The notes under the pieces were generated by a model, which did not search any database, had not been told where the DNA came from, and saw only the letters and a program-made list of their open reading frames with translations. From Pseudomonadota bacterium (GTDB taxonomy: Bacteria > Pseudomonadota > Gammaproteobacteria > Burkholderiales > Sulfuricellaceae), in contig JBFMFB010000003.1 in assembly GCA_040752115.1 (NCBI GenBank), positions 39,266 to 103,265 on the forward strand: a stretch of DNA of 64,000 bases. Direction: 5' to 3'. Shown in pieces: positions 25,861-36,677 of this stretch (positions are counted from its first letter, which is position 1; every line of letters starts with the position of its first letter). Both the position numbers and the translations under genes were made by a program.

Positions 25861-27480
25861 ATGCATTTCAGACCAACCATCATCTTTGTCTGGGCGGCTT
25901 CCTGCCTGTGGTATGCGCCTCTTGCGCCCGCAGCCGAAGATGTCCTCCAGCAACTTTCCGCGCCGACAGAAGCGGCGGACAGCGCCCAGACGGCTTTTCC
26001 AAACCTCCCTTTGAGCTTGCCCCCCGCGGAACAAAGCACCACCCCTTCCGTACCTCAGCCGGTCGCCCCCAACACCGCTGCGCAGCCCGCCGATCTCTGG
26101 GAACGCATCCGCAACGGCTTCGCCCTTCAGGAATTGGACAGCACGCTCGTGCACGAGCACGAAGCTTGGTATGCCGGCCGGCCGGATTACGTGCGCCGCA
26201 TGGTGGAACGCAGTCAGCGCTATTTGTTCCACATCGTGGAAGAGGTCGAGAAACGGGGGATGCCGACGGAAATCGCGCTGCTCCCCATGATCGAAAGCGC
26301 CTACAACCCCAAGGCCTATTCCCGTAGCCGCGCATCCGGCATCTGGCAGTTCATCCCCTCGACCGGCAAGAATTTTGGCCTGGAACAGAATTCCATGTAC
26401 GACGGCCGACGGGACATCCTGGCAGCAACCGATGCGGCGCTGGATTACCTGCAAAAACTGCACGACATGTTCGGCAACTGGGAGCTTGCACTCGCCGCAT
26501 ACAACTGGGGCGAAGGATCGATCAGCCGGGCGATCGCCCGCAATCAGGCCAAAGGGCTGCCCACCGATTACCTCAGCCTGCGAATGCCCCCGGAAACACG
26601 TAACTACGTGCCGAAACTGATTGCCGTAAAAAACATCGTGACCAACCCATCTGCCTTCGGCCTGGAGCTCAGTTCCATTCCGAACCAGCCTTACTTCGGC
26701 ATGGTCGCGGCGGACCGCCGCATGGATCTGTCCGTAGCCGCCCGCCTGGCGGAGATACCTCTTGACGAGCTTACCGCCCTCAATCCCGCATACAACCGCC
26801 CGTTGATCGCAGGAGGAAAAAACCGCACGCTTCTGCTTCCGGTCGACAAGCTTGACAATTTCACCGCCAACCTGGCTAACCATCCCGGCGCGCTTGCTTC
26901 TTGGCAGTTCTATCCCGCCCGCCGGGGAGAAAGGCTGGATCGTATCGCTCGCAAATTCGGCATTGCGACCGCCAGGCTCAAGGCGATCAACGGCATCCAG
27001 AGCCGCCAAAAAACAGCCGCAGGACAAACTCTGCTGGTGCCGATCGGCAAGCACGCCCACTCATCCGACCTGATTCTCGCCCAGGCACCGGCAACCGCCG
27101 CGGATGAGCCTGCCGGAGGGAGCGGCAGGCGCGTTCACGTTGCGACAAAAGGAGATACCCTGGCCGGCGTGGCGAAGCGCTACGCCGTGTCCACAGCGCA
27201 GCTCAAGGCGTGGAACCGCCTGAAATCGAACCGACTCGCGCCGGGCCAGAAGCTGGCCGTTTCAGGCGAGCGCTCAGTCAAGCGCGTAGCGGTGACGAAG
27301 AATTCGGCCGAACCCGGCAGGCGTACCCAGTACACCGTGCGCCGCGGCGACACCCTCTCCAGCATCGCCCGCCGCTTCAAGGTCGCAGTCAACGACATTC
27401 AGCGCTGGAACAGCTTTTCCGGCAAGCGCGCCCTGACTCCGGGCAACAAGGTCACGCTGTATATCTCCAGGCGGAGCTGA
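25861..27480 (+). CDS. mltD: Lytic murein transglycosylase D-like, with LysM repeats
   Basis: Signal peptide. SLT catalytic region (ESAYNP, GIWQF, AAYNWGEG). Three LysM-like repeats (GDTL..IA..Y). Confidence 0.88.
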   Translation: MHFRPTIIFVWAASCLWYAPLAPAAEDVLQQLSAPTEAADSAQTAFPNLPLSLPPAEQSTTPSVPQPVAPNTAAQPADLWERIRNGFALQELDSTLVHEHEAWYAGRPDYVRRMVERSQRYLFHIVEEVEKRGMPTEIALLPMIESAYNPKAYSRSRASGIWQFIPSTGKNFGLEQNSMYDGRRDILAATDAALDYLQKLHDMFGNWELALAAYNWGEGSISRAIARNQAKGLPTDYLSLRMPPETRNYVPKLIAVKNIVTNPSAFGLELSSIPNQPYFGMVAADRRMDLSVAARLAEIPLDELTALNPAYNRPLIAGGKNRTLLLPVDKLDNFTANLANHPGALASWQFYPARRGERLDRIARKFGIATARLKAINGIQSRQKTAAGQTLLVPIGKHAHSSDLILAQAPATAADEPAGGSGRRVHVATKGDTLAGVAKRYAVSTAQLKAWNRLKSNRLAPGQKLAVSGERSVKRVAVTKNSAEPGRRTQYTVRRGDTLSSIARRFKVAVNDIQRWNSFSGKRALTPGNKVTLYISRRS

Positions 27481-27488
27481 GCCCCAAG

Positions 27489-29111
27489 CTACTTCAGCAG
27501 GGAGGCATTCAGCAGCGTACTGGTGTACTCCTCGCACGGCGCCGCGAACAGCGCTTCGGTTTCTCCCGCTTCCACCACCCGCCCCCCTCGCATGACTATC
27601 ATCCGGTGCGCCATGGCACGGATCACCCGCAGATCGTGGGTAATGAACAGATAGCTCATGCCGTGCCTGAGCTGGAGCCGCCTAAGCAGTTCCAGAACCT
27701 GCTTCTGCACCGAAACATCGAGCGCGCTGGTCGGCTCGTCGAGCAGAATCAGCTTGGGCTCCAGCACTGCCACCCGGGCAATGGCAATGCGCTGGCGCTG
27801 CCCGCCGGAGAATTCGTGGGGATAACGCCACAGCATTTCCTCCTGCAAGCCGACTTCTTCCATAATCTTCAGGATGCGGTCGCGGCGCTGCACCCGGGTC
27901 AGCTCTAGGAAATGGATGCGCAGCCCTTCGCCGATGATCTGCTCTACCGTCATGCGCGGCGACAGCGAGGAATAAGGATCCTGGAATACCACCTGAAAAT
28001 CGCGCCGCAGCGGCCGCAGTTGCCGCGCCGAAAGGCCGGAAATGTCGCGGCCACCGAAGCGGATCGTGCCCCCGCATTCCTGCAGGCGCAGCAGGCACAT
28101 GCCGAGCGTGGTCTTGCCCGAGCCGGATTCGCCCACGATGCCGAGCGTCTCGCCCTGATGCAGGACGACGTCCACTTCATCCACTGCACGCACTTCGCCT
28201 ACGGTGCGCCGGAAGAACCCGGCCTTGATCGGAAAATGGCAGCGCATGCCTTTCGCTTCGAGCAGCGCCGGCTGCCCCCCTAGCCGCTCGCCTTCCTCAG
28301 CCTCGATCAATCGCTGCGGCTCGCTCGCCAACAGGTGGCGGGTATAGGCATGCTGCGGCTGTTCGAACAGCTCTTTGACCGTCGCCTGCTCGACGACCCG
28401 GCCTGCCTGCATGACGCAGATGCGGTCGGCGAAACGCCGCACCATGTTGAGGTCATGGGTGATCATCAATACTGCCATGGAAAACTCTTTTTGCAGCGAT
28501 TCCATGAGGTCCAGAATCTGCGCCTGCACCGTCACGTCCAGCGCAGTGGTGGGTTCGTCGGCGATCAGCAGCTTCGGGCTGCACGCCAGCGCCATGGCGA
28601 TCATCACCCGCTGGCGCTGGCCGCCCGACAGCATATGGGGATAAGCCTCGAAACGCTTGGCCGGTTCCGGGATGCCGGTGCGATCCAGCAGCTCGATCAT
28701 GCGTCGGCGCGCCGCGTCCCTGTTCAGCCCCTCGTGCACCAGCAGGGGCTCGATCAATTGATCGCCGATGGTGTAGAGGGGATTCAGCGAGGTCATGGGC
28801 TCCTGGAACACCATCGCGATATGCCTGCCGCGCACCTGCCGCAACTCGTCTTCGGACAGGCGCATCAGATCCCGGCCCTGAAAGCGGATGACACCCCCCG
28901 GATAGGATACCTGGCTACGGTCGTGCAACTGCAGGATCGAGAGCGCCGTCACGGATTTGCCCGAACCGGATTCTCCCACCAGCGCAAGCTTTTCCCCTTG
29001 GCGCACCTGGAAGCCGACGTCGTGCACGACCTCGGTTTGCCGGCCATGCCGGCCAAACGCCACCGACAACCCTTCAAGCGAAAGCAGGACGGAATCACCG
29101 TTTGTCGTCAT
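27489..29111 (-). CDS. yejF: Peptide/microcin-type ABC transporter, fused double ATPase
   Basis: Two Walker A motifs (GESGSGKS twice) and two LSGGQRQR signatures. Confidence 0.88.
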   Translation of the reverse strand: MTTNGDSVLLSLEGLSVAFGRHGRQTEVVHDVGFQVRQGEKLALVGESGSGKSVTALSILQLHDRSQVSYPGGVIRFQGRDLMRLSEDELRQVRGRHIAMVFQEPMTSLNPLYTIGDQLIEPLLVHEGLNRDAARRRMIELLDRTGIPEPAKRFEAYPHMLSGGQRQRVMIAMALACSPKLLIADEPTTALDVTVQAQILDLMESLQKEFSMAVLMITHDLNMVRRFADRICVMQAGRVVEQATVKELFEQPQHAYTRHLLASEPQRLIEAEEGERLGGQPALLEAKGMRCHFPIKAGFFRRTVGEVRAVDEVDVVLHQGETLGIVGESGSGKTTLGMCLLRLQECGGTIRFGGRDISGLSARQLRPLRRDFQVVFQDPYSSLSPRMTVEQIIGEGLRIHFLELTRVQRRDRILKIMEEVGLQEEMLWRYPHEFSGGQRQRIAIARVAVLEPKLILLDEPTSALDVSVQKQVLELLRRLQLRHGMSYLFITHDLRVIRAMAHRMIVMRGGRVVEAGETEALFAAPCEEYTSTLLNASLLK

Positions 29112-29114
29112 CGC

Positions 29115-30164
29115 TCAGCTCCGCCGGGTATCCATGGCTTCGCGCAAGGCTTCGCCGATGAAAATCAGTAGCACCAGCGTCCCCACCAGCACCAGAAAAG
29201 TCGTCACCGACAGCCACCACGCTTCGATATTGTCCTTCCCCTGCGCCAGCAATTCGCCCAGGCTCGGCGTCGAAGGCGGCACTCCGAGGCCGAGGAAATC
29301 CAGGCTGGTGAGCGCGAGAATCGCCCCGCTGACGCGAAACGGCAGGAAGGTGATGACCGGCGTCATGCTGTTGGGCAGCAGGTGGCGCAGCATGATCGAG
29401 CGATTCGAGGCGCCCAGCGCCCGCGCCGCTTTGACATAGTCCATGTTGCGGCCGCGCAGGAACTCGGCCCGCACGTAATCCGCCAGGCCCATCCAGCCGA
29501 ACAGCGAGAGCAGGATCAGCAGCAGCGCAATGCTGGGCTGGAAGATCGCGGCGAAAATGATCAGCAGGTAAAGCTCCGGCATCGAGCCCCATACCTCGAT
29601 GAAACGCTGGAAATACAGGTCGAAGCGACCGCCAAAATAGCCCTGCAGGGCGCCGGCAAGAATGCCGATCAGTGTGCCGATGGCGGTCAGCGCCAGCCCG
29701 AACAGCACCGAGATGCGAAAGCCGTAGATCAGCCGCGCCAGCACGTCCCGCCCGCGGTCGTCGGTACCGAGCCAGTTCTGGCGCGAGGGGGGCGCGGGAT
29801 TGGGATGTTCGGCGTAGTAGTTGATGGTGTTGTAGCTGTAGCGGTTGAGCGGGTACCAGGCCCAGTTGCCGTTGCCGCTCAATTTCTCGCGCACGAAAGG
29901 ATCGTTGTAGTCGGCCTCGGTTACGAAATCGCCGCCGAAGGTCGTTTCCGCATATTCCTTGACGATCGGAAAATAGAATTGGCCCTGGTAATGAACCACA
30001 AGCGGCCTGTCGTTGGAGAGCACCTCCGCAAACAGGCTGAGCGCGAACAGCAGCCCGAACACCCACAGGGCGACATAGCCGCGCCGGTTGGCCCTGAAGC
30101 GCAGCCAGCCGCGCCGCATTGGCGACAATGCTGAGGATTTGGCGGGCCCGGAAGCAACACTCAT
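29115..30164 (-). CDS. yejE: ABC transporter permease (YejE-like)
   Basis: Polytopic protein with a binding-protein-dependent transport EAA-type loop. ATGA-type overlap with yejB. Confidence 0.85.
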   Translation of the reverse strand: MSVASGPAKSSALSPMRRGWLRFRANRRGYVALWVFGLLFALSLFAEVLSNDRPLVVHYQGQFYFPIVKEYAETTFGGDFVTEADYNDPFVREKLSGNGNWAWYPLNRYSYNTINYYAEHPNPAPPSRQNWLGTDDRGRDVLARLIYGFRISVLFGLALTAIGTLIGILAGALQGYFGGRFDLYFQRFIEVWGSMPELYLLIIFAAIFQPSIALLLILLSLFGWMGLADYVRAEFLRGRNMDYVKAARALGASNRSIMLRHLLPNSMTPVITFLPFRVSGAILALTSLDFLGLGVPPSTPSLGELLAQGKDNIEAWWLSVTTFLVLVGTLVLLIFIGEALREAMDTRRS

Positions 30165-31213
30165 TTTGATAGCGACTCGAACTGGATGCGCGGATCGATC
30201 AGCACGTAGCTCAAATCGGACAGGAGCTTCGCAACCAGCCCGAGCAGGGTGTAGAGGTAGAGCGTGCCCAGCACCACCGGATAATCGCGCTTCAGCACCG
30301 ATTCATAGGACAGCAAACCCAGCCCGTCGAGCGAGAAAATGGTCTCGATCAGCAGGCTGCCGGTGAAGAAGGCGCCGATGAAAGCAGACGGGAAGCCGGT
30401 CACCAGCGGAATCATGGCATTGCGGAACACGTGCTTGTACAGCACCGCGTTTTCCGTCAGCCCCTTCGCCCGCGCCGTCAGCACGTATTGCTTGCGGATT
30501 TCCTCGATGAAGCTGTTCTTGGTCAGCATGGTCATCACGGCGAAGCTGCCCACCACCGAAGCGATGATCGGCAGGGTCATGTGCCACAGATAATCCGTGA
30601 CTCTGTGAAACCAGGACAGCTCGCGCCAGTTGTCCGACACCAGGCCGCGCAGCGGGAACACGTCCCAGAAGCTGCCGCCGCCGAACAGCACCAGCAGCAG
30701 GATGCCAAGGACAAAACCGGGGATGGCGTAGCCCACCAGAATGACGGTGCTGGTGGCAATATCGAAGGTCGAGCCATCGCGCACCGCCTTGGCAATGCCG
30801 AGCGGAATGCACGTCAGATAGACGATGAAAAACGTCCACAGCCCCAGACTCACGGATACCGGCAGCTTGGATATGATGAGTTGCGTCACCGATTTGTGGT
30901 GGAAATAGCTCTCCCCCAGATCGAAGGTGAGATAACTCTTCATCATCTCGAAGAAACGCACGTGGGCGGGCTTGTCGAAACCGTACAGCGCCTTGAGCTT
31001 CTCGATGCGCTCCTTATCCATGCCGGTATCGCCGCGATAGATCTGCACCGTGCCGCCGCCCGCTTCCCCCCCCGGCCCGCGCTGCTGGAGTTGATGGACC
31101 AGTTGCTCCACCGGCCCGCCGGGGACGAACTGGGTCACCACGAAAGTGATCAGCATCACCCCGAACAAGGTGGGGATCATCAGCAGCAGGCGTTTGAGGA
31201 TGTAGGCGAACAT
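30161..31213 (-). CDS. yejB: ABC transporter permease (YejB-like)
   Basis: MFAYILKRLLLMIPTLFGV is an N-terminus typical of OppB/DppB/YejB permeases. Confidence 0.85.
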   Translation of the reverse strand: MFAYILKRLLLMIPTLFGVMLITFVVTQFVPGGPVEQLVHQLQQRGPGGEAGGGTVQIYRGDTGMDKERIEKLKALYGFDKPAHVRFFEMMKSYLTFDLGESYFHHKSVTQLIISKLPVSVSLGLWTFFIVYLTCIPLGIAKAVRDGSTFDIATSTVILVGYAIPGFVLGILLLVLFGGGSFWDVFPLRGLVSDNWRELSWFHRVTDYLWHMTLPIIASVVGSFAVMTMLTKNSFIEEIRKQYVLTARAKGLTENAVLYKHVFRNAMIPLVTGFPSAFIGAFFTGSLLIETIFSLDGLGLLSYESVLKRDYPVVLGTLYLYTLLGLVAKLLSDLSYVLIDPRIQFESLSK

Positions 31214-31228
31214 GTCAGACCGTCCCTG

Positions 31229-33046
31229 TCATTTCCGGCTCCAGCCATACCGTATCATCCAATCTGCAGCAGCGTAATAAAGCGGCAGCTTTTCCGGAAA
31301 GCCGAATTTGTCCCAATAAGCAACCCGGTGGTTCGCCACAAACCAGTTGGGTACCAGGTATTCGCCGTGCAGCAGAACCCGATCGAGCGCGTGCACGGCC
31401 GTCACCAGGGATTTGCGGTCGGGGGCATAGATCACTTTCTCCACCAGCGCGTCCATTACCGGGTCCTTGATGCCGATGACGTTGTTCGAGCCTTCCTTGT
31501 CCGCTGCGGAGGAGTGCCACAGGTTCATCTGCTCGTTGCCGGGCGACTGCGACTGGCCGAAGGAATGCACCATCATGTCGAAATCGAAGGTGTCGGCGCG
31601 GCGCTGATAGAGCGCGACGTCAATGGTCCGGTAATTGACCTTGACCCCCAGCTTGGCGAGATTGCGCGCAAACGGCCCGAGGATGCGCTCGAAGCCTTTC
31701 TGCGCCAGCATGACCTCGAATTCGAACGGCTGGCCTTTGTCGTTGCGCAACGCACCGTCGCGGTATTTCCAGCCGGCTTGCTCCAGCAAGACCTTGGCCT
31801 GGCGCAGGTTGGCGCGTAGCGACCCGGGCGGTGTCGTGGTCGGCGGCTGCCAGGGCCGGGTGAACACTTCGGGCGGCAACTGTTTGCGGAACGGCTCCAG
31901 CAGCGCGAGTTCGTCGCCTTGCGGCAGGCCGAAAGACGCCAGTTCGCTGTTGCTGAAATAGCTGTAGCAGCGCTGATATTGGCCATAGAACAGATTCCTG
32001 TTCGACCACTCGAAATCGAAGGCGAGCGCGATGGCGCGGCGCACCCGCTTATCCTTGAACGGGTCGCGCCTGATGTTGAACACGAATCCCTGCATGCCGG
32101 CGTTGTTGCTGTGCTTGAGCGCAGCCTTTTTGATCAGTCCCTGGTCGAATTTCGGGCCGACGTAATCCCGTGCCCACTGCTTGGAGTTGAGCACCGAAAC
32201 GAAATCGAATTCCCCCGCCTTGAACGCCTCGAGCTGCACGGTCTCGTCTTTGTAATAGATGTAATGGATGCGGTCGAAGTTGAACAGGCCGCGCCGCACG
32301 TTGAGATCCTTCGCCCAATAGTCTGGCCGGCGCTCGTAGTTGATGCGCTTGCCGAGCTGATACTCGCCGACTTTGTAGGGCCCGCTGCCGAGAGGCGGAT
32401 CACTGATCACCTTGTCGAACGGCTTGCCGCCGCCCCATTTGCGCGAAAATATCGGAATCTGGCCGGCCAGCAGGTGCAGCTCCGGGTTTTTACGCGCGAA
32501 CTCGAAGCGCACGGTGCGGCCATCAAGGACCACGGCCCGAGTGATGTCCGCCCAGTAAAAACGGTATTGCGGATGGGCGAGCTTGCTCTTCAGGGTATCG
32601 AAGGAAAACTTCACATCCTCCGCCGTCACCGGCGAGCCGTCTGAAAATTTCGCCCGTGGATTGAGGCGGAACGTCACCGACAACCCGTCCGGCGCCAGGC
32701 TGATGTCCTCAGCCAGCAAACCGTACAAGCTGTAAGGTTCGTCCTGGCTTTGTTCCATCAGGGATTCGAACACCAGTTCGGTCAGGCCTACAGCAGCCAC
32801 CCCTTTGAGCAGAAAAGGATTGAGGCTGTCGAAATTGCCGATCGCGGACAAGGTGAGCACGCCGCGCTTGGGCGCATCGGGGTTGACGTAATCGAAATGG
32901 GAAAAGCCGGGCCGGTACTTCGGCGCATAGCCCAGCGCCATGGAAGGCGCCGCCACGCCCTGCGCTGCGATGCACATCAAAAGAAAAGCGCCCGCGACAA
33001 GGCGAAACGCCCGGCGGGCAAGCCGTGCTGGCAAGAAGAATTTCAT
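31229..33046 (-). CDS. yejA: Family 5 extracellular solute-binding protein (YejA-like)
   Basis: Start chosen at MKFFLPARLARR (signal peptide). About 600 aa periplasmic binding protein upstream of yejBEF. Confidence 0.82.
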   Translation of the reverse strand: MKFFLPARLARRAFRLVAGAFLLMCIAAQGVAAPSMALGYAPKYRPGFSHFDYVNPDAPKRGVLTLSAIGNFDSLNPFLLKGVAAVGLTELVFESLMEQSQDEPYSLYGLLAEDISLAPDGLSVTFRLNPRAKFSDGSPVTAEDVKFSFDTLKSKLAHPQYRFYWADITRAVVLDGRTVRFEFARKNPELHLLAGQIPIFSRKWGGGKPFDKVISDPPLGSGPYKVGEYQLGKRINYERRPDYWAKDLNVRRGLFNFDRIHYIYYKDETVQLEAFKAGEFDFVSVLNSKQWARDYVGPKFDQGLIKKAALKHSNNAGMQGFVFNIRRDPFKDKRVRRAIALAFDFEWSNRNLFYGQYQRCYSYFSNSELASFGLPQGDELALLEPFRKQLPPEVFTRPWQPPTTTPPGSLRANLRQAKVLLEQAGWKYRDGALRNDKGQPFEFEVMLAQKGFERILGPFARNLAKLGVKVNYRTIDVALYQRRADTFDFDMMVHSFGQSQSPGNEQMNLWHSSAADKEGSNNVIGIKDPVMDALVEKVIYAPDRKSLVTAVHALDRVLLHGEYLVPNWFVANHRVAYWDKFGFPEKLPLYYAAADWMIRYGWSRK

Positions 33047-33174
33047 CACCCGGAAGTGTATCGCAAACCGGGAAATCCGGCCAACGGCTTGCTTCGGCGC
33101 GCAAATGCAGCGAGAAAATTGGGTTATAATGACGCGCTCGATAGCTTTCCTGAAACCTAACCCAAGGACAAAAC

Positions 33175-33978
33175 ATGGGATTTCTGGCAAACAAACGAAT
33201 CCTGATTACGGGCCTGATCAGCAACCGCTCCATCGCCTACGGCATCGCTGCGGCAATGAAGCGCGAAGGCGCAGAACTGGCGTTTACCTATCAGGGTGAA
33301 AAAGTCAAAGACCGGGTGACCGAACTGGCAAAGGAATTCGGCAGCGACCTCGTTTTCTCTTGCGACGTGTCGAGCGACGAGGAAATCGAACAGGTATTTT
33401 CTTCCCTCGGCAAGCAGTGGGACGGCCTCGACGGGCTGGTGCATTCCATCGCCTTCGTGCCCAAAGCCGCGCTCGCCGGCGATTACTTGAGCTCGGTCAC
33501 GCGCGAATACTTCCGGATTGCCCACGACATCAGCTCCTACAGCTTTTCCGCCCTGGCGAAGGCTGCGCTTCCCCTGATGCAGGGGCGGAACGCATCTCTG
33601 CTGACCCTGTCCTATCTGGGCGCCGAACGCGCAGTGCCGCACTACAACGTCATGGGCCTGGCCAAGGCGAGCCTCGAAGCCAACGTGCGCTACATGGCCA
33701 CCAGCCTCGGCCCGATCGGCATCCGCGTCAACGGCATCTCCGCCGGCCCGATCAAGACCCTGGCGGCGAGCGGCATCGCCGATTTCAACAAGCTGCTGAG
33801 CTACAACGAAAAACACGCCCCGCTGCGGCGTAACGTGACGATCGAGGAAGTGGGCAATGTCGCCGCTTTCCTATGCAGCGATCTCGCCAGCGGCATGACC
33901 GGGGAAATCACCTATGTGGATGGCGGCTTCAACATCACCGCCCTCGGCAATGCGGACGAGGTAGCGGCAGGAAACTGA
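33175..33978 (+). CDS. fabI: Enoyl-ACP reductase (NADH)
   Basis: [21 protein letters not shown]-x6-K active-site region ([23 protein letters not shown]). Confidence 0.95.
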   Translation: MGFLANKRILITGLISNRSIAYGIAAAMKREGAELAFTYQGEKVKDRVTELAKEFGSDLVFSCDVSSDEEIEQVFSSLGKQWDGLDGLVHSIAFVPKAALAGDYLSSVTREYFRIAHDISSYSFSALAKAALPLMQGRNASLLTLSYLGAERAVPHYNVMGLAKASLEANVRYMATSLGPIGIRVNGISAGPIKTLAASGIADFNKLLSYNEKHAPLRRNVTIEEVGNVAAFLCSDLASGMTGEITYVDGGFNITALGNADEVAAGN

Positions 33979-33989
33979 CCGGGCCAGAC

Positions 33990-34033
33990 GCGTAAAAAAA
34001 CCGCGGTGGAATCCTACCGCGGTTTTTTTACGC
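33990..34033. terminator. Bidirectional intrinsic terminator
   Basis: GCGTAAAAAAACCGCGGT-GGAATCCT-ACCGCGGTTTTTTTACGC. Lies between convergent fabI and ppiD. Confidence 0.9.
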
Positions 34034-34054
34034 TGCAATGCAGCCGATTGAAAA

Positions 34055-35965
34055 TCAGCGTTCGCTCTTCTCCAGGGCTTCCCGCTTGATTTCGATTTTG
34101 GTTCTCTGCTTCAGGCCGGCCAACTGCGCGGCAGCATATTCCTGCCCCAGGATGCTCTGCAGCCGGGCAGCGTAAGCCTGTTTCTTGCTGGCTTCGACAT
34201 CACCCGCCTCGATCACGCGGACGACCTTCAACAGCGTAAAACCACCTTGGGGGCTTTCGAGGCCGGCATAGGCCGGCAATTTACCCGCATCCGCCCTGAA
34301 CACCTGCTTGAGCGCAGCCTCCGTAAGTCCCTGCGGGTTTTGCCTGGTCACCGCCAGCACCCCCCCCCATGCCAAGTTCGTGACTTCCTTGCCCTGCTGC
34401 AGCTGCGCCAGCGCCTCCCTGCCTTGCTTGATCGCCAAGGCGGAAGCCTGTTCGCGTTGCAGGCGCTGAGTGATCGCCGCCGCCACCTCCTCGAACGGCC
34501 TGACGCTGGCCGGTTTAAATTCCAGCACCCGGGCCGCAACCAGGGTATTCGGTGCGACTTCGACGGCTTCGGTATTGCGCTTGTTCTTCACCGCCTCTTC
34601 CGAAAAAACTGCCTGCAGCAGCCTATCGTTGTTCAGGAGGGGTACCTCGCCGCCGCTCCGGCTGATCCAGGAACTTGTCTGAAGCGTCAGGCCCAGCGCC
34701 TCCGCCGCCGGCTTGAGGCTGTCGGCCTGCTCATATACCAGATTGCTGAAGGTTTCCGCGCTCTCGACGAACTTCTTGGCAGCTTTCTGTTTCCTCAGCT
34801 CGGTGGAGATTTCATCTTTCACTTCCGCCAGCGCGCGGGTCGTTTTCGCCGGTTTGATCGCGGTCAATTTGATGATGTGAAACCCGAATTCTGTCTGCAC
34901 CAAATCGCTCACTTCACCCACCGCTATCTTGAAAACCGCATCTTCGAACGGTTTTGCCATCGCGCCCCGGGCAAAATAGCCAAGATCGCCGCCCTGCCCC
35001 GCCGAACCGGGATCTTGCGAATGCTGCTTGGCGAGCTGCGCGAAATTCGCCGGCGACTGCTTTACCTGCTTCAGAATCTGCAAAGCCTTCTCCTGCGCTG
35101 CTGCCTTGTCCGCGGCGCTGGCGCCTGGCGGCACCGCAATCAGGATGTGGCTGGCCTGCCGTTCTTCGGGCTGCTGATACTGGGCAGCATGTTCGTCATA
35201 GTATTTCTTGATCTCGTCTTCGGCGACGTTCATCTTCGGCGCCAAGGCGTCGGCCGACAACACCGCGTACTCCACCCGAACCTGTTCGGCAACGCGAAAA
35301 TCGCTCTGATGCTGGTTGTAGAAGGTCCTGGCCGCAGCCGGATCAATTTTGACCTGTGGCAGAAACTGATCCACGCCAATCGTCGCCACGCTTACCTCGC
35401 GTTGTTGCTCGCCAAGCCTGATCAGGTTGTCAATTGTCGTGCGCGGCAGGAACGCAGTTCCGCTCAGCCCATCCGCAACCATCTGCGTCAGCACATCCTG
35501 CCGCAGGCGGGATTCGAACGCCGCCGGCGTCATGTTCTGCTGCCGCAGGACGAATTCATAGCGGGCTTGGGAAAATTTTCCATCCTGCCAGAACCCCTCG
35601 ACCCCGGCGATGATTTTCGCCAACTGGGCATCGGATACGGCCAAGCCCTCATCCTTTGCCGCGATGGCAAGCAGATGCCTGCTGATCAGTCCGTCGAGAA
35701 CAGAGCGCTTGATTTCCGGCCGGTCCATCATAGCCGGGTCGAAATTTCGCCCCAATGCGCTACGCATGCGCTCCTGCTGGTCTTTTAGCGTTTGACTGAA
35801 TTCCTGAAGGGTGATCTTGTCGTCCCCGACTCTTGCAACCAGTGGCGACTCGCCGCCGGAATGGATGTAGGAGTCGATCCCCCACAGTGCGAAAGGGATG
35901 GTAATCAGCGCCAGGATCAGTTTGGCCAACCACCCCTGCGCGCGCTCGCGAATGGCTTCAAGCAT
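34055..35965 (-). CDS. ppiD: Periplasmic chaperone / peptidyl-prolyl isomerase PpiD
   Basis: Start chosen at MLEAIRERAQGWLAKLIL (N-terminal TM anchor). Parvulin segment (ASHILI..., FGFHIIKL). Confidence 0.88.
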   Translation of the reverse strand: MLEAIRERAQGWLAKLILALITIPFALWGIDSYIHSGGESPLVARVGDDKITLQEFSQTLKDQQERMRSALGRNFDPAMMDRPEIKRSVLDGLISRHLLAIAAKDEGLAVSDAQLAKIIAGVEGFWQDGKFSQARYEFVLRQQNMTPAAFESRLRQDVLTQMVADGLSGTAFLPRTTIDNLIRLGEQQREVSVATIGVDQFLPQVKIDPAAARTFYNQHQSDFRVAEQVRVEYAVLSADALAPKMNVAEDEIKKYYDEHAAQYQQPEERQASHILIAVPPGASAADKAAAQEKALQILKQVKQSPANFAQLAKQHSQDPGSAGQGGDLGYFARGAMAKPFEDAVFKIAVGEVSDLVQTEFGFHIIKLTAIKPAKTTRALAEVKDEISTELRKQKAAKKFVESAETFSNLVYEQADSLKPAAEALGLTLQTSSWISRSGGEVPLLNNDRLLQAVFSEEAVKNKRNTEAVEVAPNTLVAARVLEFKPASVRPFEEVAAAITQRLQREQASALAIKQGREALAQLQQGKEVTNLAWGGVLAVTRQNPQGLTEAALKQVFRADAGKLPAYAGLESPQGGFTLLKVVRVIEAGDVEASKKQAYAARLQSILGQEYAAAQLAGLKQRTKIEIKREALEKSER

Positions 35966-36063
35966 AATATTCTCTGGCCGTGTGCAGAACGAATCGAGAC
36001 CAAGCCCGGTTACTGGGCTTGGCGGCAAAAAGAAAAAGGGCGAAACCGATGTTCGCCCTTGTA

Positions 36064-36140
36064 TGGCGGAGTGGACGGGACTCGAACCCGCGACCCCCGG
36101 CGTGACAGGCCGGTATTCTAACCGACTGAACTACCACTCC
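36064..36140 (-). tRNA. tRNA-Asp (GTC)
   Basis: Reverse complement GGAGTGGTAGTTCAGTCGGTTAGAATACCGGCCTGTCACGCCGGGGGTCGCGGGTTCGAGTCCCGTCCACTCCGCCA is close to E. coli tRNA-Asp. Confidence 0.95.
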
Positions 36141-36155
36141 AAAAACCTTTGCTGC

Positions 36156-36231
36156 TGGTGGGTGCTGAGGGGATCGAACCCCCGACATTCGCCTTGTAAG
36201 GGCGACGCTCTACCAGCTGAGCTAAGCACCC
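36156..36231 (-). tRNA. tRNA-Val (TAC)
   Basis: Reverse complement GGGTGCTTAGCTCAGCTGGTAGAGCGTCGCCCTTACAAGGCGAATGTCGGGGGTTCGATCCCCTCAGCACCCACCA. Confidence 0.95.
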
Positions 36232-36295
36232 GCTAAGCCCGGCGCATGCTCAAGTTACATTGACCGAGCATCCCTTCACGCCGAACCAAAGCGCG

Positions 36296-36568
36296 CTAGT
36301 TTACAGCATCTTTAAGCGCTTTGCCAGCCCGAAATTTAGGAGTTTTTGCTGCCTTGATTTTGATGGTGGCGCCGGTGCGCGGATTACGACCATTGCGCGC
36401 AGCACGCTTGCCCACGTAGAACGTACCGAAACCTACCAAGGTAACCATGTCGCCTTTCTTCATGGCAGTCTTGACAGCGCCAATCGTTGCATCCAGAGCG
36501 CGACCTGCTGCAGCCTTGGACATATCGGCGGATTTGGCAATTTGATCAATCAACTCTGATTTGTTCAC
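36296..36568 (-). CDS. hupB: DNA-binding protein HU
   Basis: GTG start ([11 protein letters not shown]) preceded by AAAGGGGA. GFGTF..R.AR.GRNPRTG arm motif. Confidence 0.93.
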   Translation of the reverse strand: MNKSELIDQIAKSADMSKAAAGRALDATIGAVKTAMKKGDMVTLVGFGTFYVGKRAARNGRNPRTGATIKIKAAKTPKFRAGKALKDAVN

Positions 36569-36620
36569 GTGTAGTCCCCTTTCAGTTCGGTTGAGATAAC
36601 AGGCAAAACCCTGCACGAGC

Positions 36621-36650
36621 TTTATATCAAGCCGAAAAAGCCCGTGTCAA
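36621..36650 (-). promoter_or_regulatory. Sigma70-type promoter for hupB
   Basis: Minus strand TTGACA (36650-36645), 18-nt spacer, TATAAA (36626-36621). About 50 nt upstream of the hupB start. Confidence 0.5.
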
Positions 36651-36677
36651 GCGGTTTCGGGAAAAATTTAATGATTG

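Noticed and set aside
36064-36231. tRNA-Asp/tRNA-Val (and tRNA-Leu at 42552) as integration sites for a genomic island or prophage
   Set aside because: No integrase, partial tRNA duplicate or direct repeat flanks these genes. The neighbours are the universally conserved ppiD-hupB-lon-clpXP-tig block.
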